Origin: an uncultured Thermoplasmatales archaeon
Lineage (GTDB): Archaea; Thermoplasmatota; E2; DHVEG-1
DNA: 64,000 bases
Assembly: GCA_964618505.1 (NCBI GenBank)
Contig: CAZUBH010000009.1
Location: 9,508 to 73,507 of the forward strand
Direction: 5' to 3'
Shown here piece after piece: positions 58,601 through 64,000 of the stretch (its first letter is position 1; each line of letters starts with the position of its first letter). The position numbers were made by a program, and so were the translations under genes. The notes beneath the pieces were generated by a model. It saw nothing but the letters and a program-made list of their open reading frames with translations, ran no database searches and was not told where the DNA came from.

Positions 58601-59842
58601 GAAAATATTGGCCATACTAGCTTATATTCGTGGAATGAAAACGATCAACAATATGCTATTGGTTCAGCTAGATTTGATGCGTCTACACTTGGTGCATTTG
58701 GAATAAATGACATGGCCAATCCCTCCTCTTGGGATTTTATTGGAAATAGCTGGATAATTGATGGAGGAGTGTATGGAATTGGAATAACCGGTTATTTGGA
58801 TGGAAATAGTATGGATTATGCTGGAATTTGGGCTGATTCAAGTTCTGCAACAGGTTATTTTGGAAATTATGTTAATGAAGGTCTTGATCAACAACCACCT
58901 GTTCCATATGGAAGAGTCCAAATTCAATCTGCTGTTCATAAAATTTCTGGAGATTGCGATGAAACTACTGGATGGCACTTCTTTGTAATGGAAAAAAGAA
59001 CAGGTACTGGAGGATACATTGTTTCGGGGGTGCCAAAACCTGACTCAGATATTAGTCATAGTCAATGGAGAAATCCAAAAATGATTTCAACAGAATTCTT
59101 AAATCCCGATATAGCTGCTGAAAATGGATATACTTATGTCGTATATGAAAACAATGGAAATACCATGGTACAAGTTTCTGACGATAATGGTCAAACATGG
59201 GACGCCTATGAAGTAGCTGACGAAGGTACAAATCCAAAGGTTTTGATAAATGATGATGAAGATGTTGAATGCTTCTTTGTTAAAAACAGTCATTTATATA
59301 AAGTGATTAGTACAAATCATGGAATTACTTGGAGTGATAAAGAAAAAGTAAGCGATGCAGAAATCGACACAAGTATATCAAGCCCATATCAAATAGTTAC
59401 TGAAGGTCTAATATATGATGCTGGTGATGGTGATTTATATGCAGATATTTTAGTGGAAACTCAAGGAGTATTAACTGGAGATATAAAAGTTGATGATACG
59501 GGAAAAAAGATAACTACAACAATAATTAATTCGGGAACTTCAAATATTGATGTTGATTGGGAAATAAAAATTGAGCCTGCAAGTCCATTAGGAGAATTTG
59601 GAGAATTTGGACCACTTATTTCATGGATGATTGGAGGTCACATTTTATCAGGTCGGACTACATCAGATAGTGAGTCTCTTTTGGTGTTGGAATCAAAAGA
59701 TATAAGCTCTAAAACACCTTTTGGAATAGGACATGCATTGGTTACAGTCACTGTCAGTACTGATGGTAAGAGTTTGGCGGAAAAATCAGAAGATATTTCA
59801 GTGATAGCAAACAGAATTTTCTTAAAATATCCTGAGGAATAA
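55688..59842 (+). CDS. Large multidomain C25 peptidase (propeptide, catalytic domain with insertion, Asp-box region, C-terminal beta domain)
   Basis: GRLACRN, NGHS, SGCH and LLGDPSLKIGGY motifs; SDDNGQTW and STNHGITW Asp-boxes. Confidence 0.88.
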   Translation: MGKNTKQFLKAGLNRKNISIMVVLCLFLASMPGALSVNFALNEKKADENIKLIDFTFSTPTIIEDEEYSKIIVDDLDLILRQGEPQLPSISYRLALPLGAKNINLDFSHSNIKKINLEKPLIPGPVSELLDLAEKPINKKLSEIFYKGFGQLNHNIDTDGFKEEIYNSNEPYGEFSSYDIFVGRDADGELKTFVLARIMPCVLTNPAKGQLEYINQAEIKVSYENPQTTPIKTEEYDLLIITANAYEKILDDLVDHKEDVGFSPILVTLDEIYDEDYFDLPEDLRDNQEKIKYFIYKSIFEWGVDYVLAVGGFRTFFGLDKPDYQFPIRVSHVYDTEPTYVCDQYYSCCVKEENEFDTWDTNLNDRFAEWDLHGWDVYDPYPDVFFGRLACRNKIEVKTMVEKIINYETETFGEEWFNKMISVTGDGFQDLTSLDTLVKWDISGLSDGEYTIFSQSQLMNDPDIKGNIDRVNITINRDEPSQVTFGEQDHLPGKVLPIDDSDNVFPYCYPGYPVAEIVVPDDGNNLGSTDVPRYVPPEAYEGDRWATVEFDVDEEVLDIRVKSYDPTPHALHNEGDSGWREGSKTRYEVWVENDEGSEVFHSDLIDSFCYWEGEIEGEQALIYANGGTYGGTSVDDGQFNNTRIWTSNGNWVNIWDVLNAFSEGYGLAYINGHSSCMSFGDHFPGIPGGRLHAQISGLATIHLQSGLERYQANEEEPIFPMRFLENGDKLPVLLYSGCHSGQFDTSLMSILYDPYNVLIGDRYGTWTPEGVAWWITRLKDGGSIATIGNTGYGSGYIGSNILSGLTGWLFPRFFYNYNGEDGPHLDILGQVHVQTLNDYHEKDDAITDKTVRKHWEQWVLLGDPSLKIGGYDQKNRGNDNEDILEKQENRESLDLWINNKIDYSDNQLTRGDFYKVTSNEGPDTNPSDIISSGDGEIVVGYSYETPTGDIHPGFAYSTGGSLWQEIIWANPENIGHTSLYSWNENDQQYAIGSARFDASTLGAFGINDMANPSSWDFIGNSWIIDGGVYGIGITGYLDGNSMDYAGIWADSSSATGYFGNYVNEGLDQQPPVPYGRVQIQSAVHKISGDCDETTGWHFFVMEKRTGTGGYIVSGVPKPDSDISHSQWRNPKMISTEFLNPDIAAENGYTYVVYENNGNTMVQVSDDNGQTWDAYEVADEGTNPKVLINDDEDVECFFVKNSHLYKVISTNHGITWSDKEKVSDAEIDTSISSPYQIVTEGLIYDAGDGDLYADILVETQGVLTGDIKVDDTGKKITTTIINSGTSNIDVDWEIKIEPASPLGEFGEFGPLISWMIGGHILSGRTTSDSESLLVLESKDISSKTPFGIGHALVTVTVSTDGKSLAEKSEDISVIANRIFLKYPEE

Positions 59843-59863
59843 TTCCTCATCCTTTTTTTAATA

Positions 59864-60376
59864 TCAAGTTAAATCCATCATTATCGGTTTTAGAATTTTT
59901 CTTAAAACAGACATCCAAATAATAGCACAAATAATAAAAATTATAGTAATATGGTCCCAGTTATTGATAACCAAACCCAATGCGATGCCTGCTGCAGGTG
60001 CATGTTCTGTATTTGTCACAACCATAATAAAAATGGCAGCTCCAACAGCTAATGCACCAAATATTACAAGCGACATTGTTTCAGAAAAAAAAGGTATGAT
60101 TGAAAAGACTTTTGAAATACCAAAAAAAATAAAACCTACCAAAAGGCCAACAAAATAACCACCGATTAACCGTCTCGGTTCTGAGGTGTACATTTTAGGC
60201 ATCGTAAATACAATAAATGCACTAGCGCCAAGAGCCGTAATAATTGCTGTTTCAGTTAATATATCTAAAAAAATCAAAACTGCAAGAATTGTAAGAGTTG
60301 CAAGAAAGCATTGAAATAAATACTGACCCACATGACTCTTAAATTTCTTATCAATTATATTAAATCTAAACTTCAA
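59864..60376 (-). CDS. HPP family membrane protein
   Basis: GASAFIVF..P, PRRLIGGY and EHAPAAG motifs. Confidence 0.85.
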   Translation of the reverse strand: MKFRFNIIDKKFKSHVGQYLFQCFLATLTILAVLIFLDILTETAIITALGASAFIVFTMPKMYTSEPRRLIGGYFVGLLVGFIFFGISKVFSIIPFFSETMSLVIFGALAVGAAIFIMVVTNTEHAPAAGIALGLVINNWDHITIIFIICAIIWMSVLRKILKPIMMDLT

Positions 60377-60536
60377 TATTTCGACCCGTTTTAATCTATT
60401 TATGAAATATGTTTAAGATGATATAAACTTTTAAGTTTGTTAAACGTAAAAGTTTGAAAAATGTTTAATATTGGAAGATGGATACTTATTTTGGCTAGTA
60501 AATACTAAAACTTCTTACCAGGGTTGGGAGAATAAA

Positions 60537-60716
60537 ATGAATGAGGAAGATGTGAAAGAATTTCTTGGAGATTTCAAGAAATCAGAGCTAGACAAAAAAC
60601 TTGATATGTGGTTTTTTGCACTTGACCAAGAAGCAATTTGGGAAGAGATAATTTCTGAGATGTCAGATATTGCAACAAAGGACAATATTGGAAAAGCTGC
60701 TATGAAAAGGACTTAA
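60537..60716 (+). CDS. Small helical protein, paralogue A
   Basis: 59 aa, GGGAG SD; LDMW.FA..Q..WE.II motif shared with the next gene. Confidence 0.7.
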   Translation: MNEEDVKEFLGDFKKSELDKKLDMWFFALDQEAIWEEIISEMSDIATKDNIGKAAMKRT

Positions 60717-60726
60717 GGTTGTTAGC

Positions 60727-60933
60727 ATGGATGAAGAGGGAAGAAAAGAGCTATTGGAAGAATTTAAAAAAGCGGATGGGGCAAAACGCCTTGATATGTG
60801 GGATTTTGCAATAGAACAACAAGTAGTATGGGAAAAAATTATTGCAGATCTTCAAAAAATTGCAAGAGAACAAGGCGTTGATAAAAAGCTTGAAAAAATG
60901 ATGGATGAAGAACTTAAAAAAGCAGAAGCTTAG
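60727..60933 (+). CDS. Small helical protein, paralogue B
   Basis: 68 aa; LDMWDFAIEQQVVWEKII. Confidence 0.75.
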   Translation: MDEEGRKELLEEFKKADGAKRLDMWDFAIEQQVVWEKIIADLQKIAREQGVDKKLEKMMDEELKKAEA

Positions 60934-61436
60934 GATTTTTTATTTATTTCTTCAAATTCACCTGTTGATTTATTTTTTTGAACATTATCATAATTAAAAT
61001 ATCTGCCATTCATTACAACATAAACACCATGTGATAATGTCTGAGCAAAAGCAAGAGCGCTACCCAAATTAAAAAGTCCATCAGAACTTCCAAATGCATA
61101 AGGGATCATAGCTCCTGTCAGAATTATGGTTTTATCTTTTATTTTTTCTCCAAGTATTTTTGCTGTTTTTGTCATTGTATCTGTTCCGTGAGTGATGATA
61201 ATTTTATCCTCTTTTGAGCCATCACATTTTTCCAAAATTAATTTTCTGTGTGTTTCTGTCATTTCAAGACTGTCGACCATCATTAAAGTCCTAATTTTAA
61301 CATCGATTTTTGATCTACCAAGTTTTAACATCTCACTTATATGTGAATTACTAAAAATTAATTCCCCCGTTGTTTCTTTGTATTCCTTATCAAATGTTCC
61401 ACCAGTCACAAGTATTTTAATGATCATGATTTTCAT
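60930..61436 (-). CDS. Asparaginase/glutaminase N-terminal domain-only protein
   Basis: TGGTFDK, DSLEM, ITHGTDTM, LTGAMIP and SDG.FNL motifs. Confidence 0.9.
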   Translation of the reverse strand: MKIMIIKILVTGGTFDKEYKETTGELIFSNSHISEMLKLGRSKIDVKIRTLMMVDSLEMTETHRKLILEKCDGSKEDKIIITHGTDTMTKTAKILGEKIKDKTIILTGAMIPYAFGSSDGLFNLGSALAFAQTLSHGVYVVMNGRYFNYDNVQKNKSTGEFEEINKKS

Positions 61437-61488
61437 GAATTAAAAAGTAGAATATAAATATATATGATTACGATTTACAGATGAAAAA

Positions 61489-62130
61489 ATGATTAAAGTA
61501 ATATCATTTGATTTAGATGGTACACTTGTAAAAAGTACCTATCCTGATTCAGTTTGGCTTGAAGGAGTTCCAAGAATTTATGCAAAAGAAAAAGGAATGA
61601 CAATAAACCAGGCAAAAGAACATCTTTTCAAAGAATATGAACTTGTTAGCGAGCATAGAAAAGAGTGGTATGACATTAATTGGTGGTTTGAAAAATTTAA
61701 GCTAAAAGAAAGTTGGCAAGATTTACTTGAAAGATATAAAGACAAAATTGAATTATTTTTTGACTCATTAGACGTTATAAAAAGTCTTCACAATGAATAC
61801 GAGTTAATAATAACATCAAATGCAAAAAAAGAGTTTATAGATATACAATTAAAACAAACTGGCCTGGATAAATATTTCAAATGCGTTTTTTCTTCTCTTT
61901 CAGATTTTGATCAAGTTAAAAAATATCCTGAGGTTTATCAAAAAATATGCAATATTGTTGGAATAAAAAATAATGAAATGATACACGTTGGTGACAAAAA
62001 AGAATTTGATTATCTTTGTCCTAAAAAAATTGGGATAACATCATTTTATCTTGATAGAAAAAGAAACGAATCAGGTAAAAATATTGTACATAATCTATAT
62101 GAGTTTGAGGAAATAATCAAATTGATTTAA
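61489..62130 (+). CDS. HAD-superfamily hydrolase
   Basis: FDLDGTL, ITSNA, KK.P and HVGD...D motifs. Confidence 0.9.
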   Translation: MIKVISFDLDGTLVKSTYPDSVWLEGVPRIYAKEKGMTINQAKEHLFKEYELVSEHRKEWYDINWWFEKFKLKESWQDLLERYKDKIELFFDSLDVIKSLHNEYELIITSNAKKEFIDIQLKQTGLDKYFKCVFSSLSDFDQVKKYPEVYQKICNIVGIKNNEMIHVGDKKEFDYLCPKKIGITSFYLDRKRNESGKNIVHNLYEFEEIIKLI

Positions 62131-62456
62131 AATTTACATTTGCAATTTTTAAGGTTTAATATCTTTTTTTGTTCCTCAATTGTATTCAAGAATTTATCCT
62201 GCGCTGATTTTCCTTTTGCAAGATTTACATCCAATGGACTGTTGTGATTGTATCCTCTTTTAATCATCTCTCCAACTAATTTATCATGTCTCAGATACAA
62301 AGCTTTTAGCTTTCCTTTCCATCGAAGAGTTTCAGGATGATTTGAATAACCTTTTTTTCCTTGTGTTAAAATCATCCATATTGCATGAAGTTCTCTATGT
62401 TCTCCCAAAAGATGACTTCTGCATAATCTTTCAGGTTTTACGTCCCAGATTCTCAT
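62127..62456 (-). CDS. Pyrimidine-dimer DNA glycosylase / endonuclease V-like protein
   Basis: MRIW...L...HLLGEHRELH, NHP...W and EM..RGY.H motifs. Confidence 0.82.
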   Translation of the reverse strand: MRIWDVKPERLCRSHLLGEHRELHAIWMILTQGKKGYSNHPETLRWKGKLKALYLRHDKLVGEMIKRGYNHNSPLDVNLAKGKSAQDKFLNTIEEQKKILNLKNCKCKF

Positions 62457-62457
62457 A

Positions 62458-63027
62458 TTACAATATACTTTTAACAATTGTTGGGATTCCTATGCTTTCA
62501 TATTGGCTTGCATAATCATTAATTTTAGAAGTGGGAATAGCTCCAATATCGACCAAAATTAACAAAACTTTACTGTAGGTATCTTTTGATTTCATCATTT
62601 GATCCATAACTGATATAAGTTTTCCTTCATTATTTACAACAACTAACTCTAATGCATATGTGCCTTCAAAAACAAAATCAATTCTTCTTCCGTTAACAGA
62701 TTGCCCTTTGCTAATAATTCTTCCAGGCAGCTTTTTATTTAAAAAATCAACAAGTTCATTTTCGCATGTTTCTTCACTTTCAGATGTTGGATTAAAACCT
62801 CTTTTTATTTTATTTTGGATAATTTTAAACTCATCTTTTAATTCAGTAGAAGTTGCATCATTGGAAATATGTAGTTTTTTAACATAGTCATAACTATTTT
62901 CTTTATTATATCTATAAGAAGGACTTTCAGAAATAGATTGCTTAACATATCTAATATATTTTACAAGAACTGCAATTATCAAAACAACAATAAATATTCC
63001 AAATACAATTAGTTCAAGCATTAACAA
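62458..63027 (-). CDS. Membrane-anchored PD-(D/E)xK-fold-like protein
   Basis: N-terminal TM; CENE...RIDF...ALELV (Val at the usual Lys position). Confidence 0.5.
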   Translation of the reverse strand: MLMLELIVFGIFIVVLIIAVLVKYIRYVKQSISESPSYRYNKENSYDYVKKLHISNDATSTELKDEFKIIQNKIKRGFNPTSESEETCENELVDFLNKKLPGRIISKGQSVNGRRIDFVFEGTYALELVVVNNEGKLISVMDQMMKSKDTYSKVLLILVDIGAIPTSKINDYASQYESIGIPTIVKSIL

Positions 63028-63066
63028 AAAGAATCCTTTATTATTATTAATATTTTAATAAATTAT

Positions 63067-64000
63067 TCAACTATTCCAATTAGAAAATAATATGAGCAAG
63101 TCTTTGTAGTTTACTATGCCATCATTATTAATATCATATATACTATCTATCTCTCTTAAGTTTAAAAATAAAATAATTAAATCTACTATATTTATTTTTG
63201 AATCTCCGTTTACATCTCCTGCTTTTCTCACTGTAATTGAAACATTATCAGACCAACTAGATTCTAATCCATCTGAATGATTACCGTCCCAATTTGGATC
63301 ATCTTTGGCTTTTACTTGAATTTGATAAGTCCCCATTTGATCCCATATATGTTTTTTAAATACATTTTCTCCAGAATTATATGGTCCATCCCACTGGTCT
63401 GAAAAACTCCATTTATAAAATAGTTGGTGTCCCTCAGGATCAGTTGTATTAGTTTTAAAGCTATATTCATAGCCAACATAAGCAATATTTAAACCTGATG
63501 GAGCTGTTGGCCCATATGGAGAATTGTTGGGTGGAAGAGGATTAGACAATATTTGAACTGCATCAATATCTGCTCCCGGATTTGTATCATAAGCACTTCC
63601 ATCATTATCATCTACAATTTTTATATATTGAATTTCTTGAGCATCAATAACAGATATATCAAATTCTGTTGTACCAATTCCAGTTCCAATAAGCTCAAAG
63701 CCTTGATTCCAATCATTTGAACCATAAACTAAATAGCCATCTTGCTCACCGTCACCTTCATAAATAATAAAATCTGTAGAATCTTGTTCATCTTGAATCT
63801 CAAAACCCATGTCTAATAATATGCTACCTCCTTTCCCAAGCGATGCACATAAACCATCTGGTGGTGCTAAAGCCCAAACCGCCTCTGTTGGATTATTATT
63901 AAAATTGTTTGGATAACCATAAGGATCAAAAAAGTTTACCCATACTATTTGATTGGCAAAATATTGTTCGTTAGGAGTCAGTTGCACATTTAAAATAGTT
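63067..64000 (-). CDS. Secreted protein with PKD-like and C-terminal dockerin-like domain (5' end outside window)
   Basis: Frame is open to the window edge; GDVNGDSKINIVD...DINNDGIVNYKD duplicated EF-hand-like loops. Confidence 0.82.
   Translation of the reverse strand, partial: TILNVQLTPNEQYFANQIVWVNFFDPYGYPNNFNNNPTEAVWALAPPDGLCASLGKGGSILLDMGFEIQDEQDSTDFIIYEGDGEQDGYLVYGSNDWNQGFELIGTGIGTTEFDISVIDAQEIQYIKIVDDNDGSAYDTNPGADIDAVQILSNPLPPNNSPYGPTAPSGLNIAYVGYEYSFKTNTTDPEGHQLFYKWSFSDQWDGPYNSGENVFKKHIWDQMGTYQIQVKAKDDPNWDGNHSDGLESSWSDNVSITVRKAGDVNGDSKINIVDLIILFLNLREIDSIYDINNDGIVNYKDLLILFSNWNS

Overview
This is AT-rich archaeal chromosomal DNA. The gene set (archaeal DnaG, aIF-1A/Rio1/KH cluster, Dph6, a BHB-intron tRNA, six secreted gingipain-like C25 peptidases) suggests Thermoplasmatota of the MBG-D/DHVEG-1 type; the taxonomy is an inference. 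Housekeeping genes are interleaved with several modules: a thiamine regulator/salvage operon containing an orphan radical SAM enzyme, tRNA-Gly plus an intron-containing tRNA-Leu followed by an att-like duplication of its 3' end, a four-gene KaiC/RecA-fold module, a B12 mutase plus acyl-CoA/ETF cluster, a SpeD-SpeE fusion operon, and a glk-pgl-rpe operon. I found no CRISPR array, rRNA, transposase or integrase. The strongest candidates for novelty are: (1) the modular C25 protease system, with permuted modules inserted inside catalytic domains, a near-identical DNA block shared between paralogues, and a C-terminal domain shared with another secreted protein; (2) an MCM-type AAA+ ATPase lacking the MCM N-domain; (3) a repeat-flanked cassette of three paralogous membrane micro-proteins; (4) a 4-hydroxybutyryl-CoA-dehydratase-like enzyme with a remodelled active site; (5) a shared intergenic motif. 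All family assignments come from motif recognition by eye; no database search was run.
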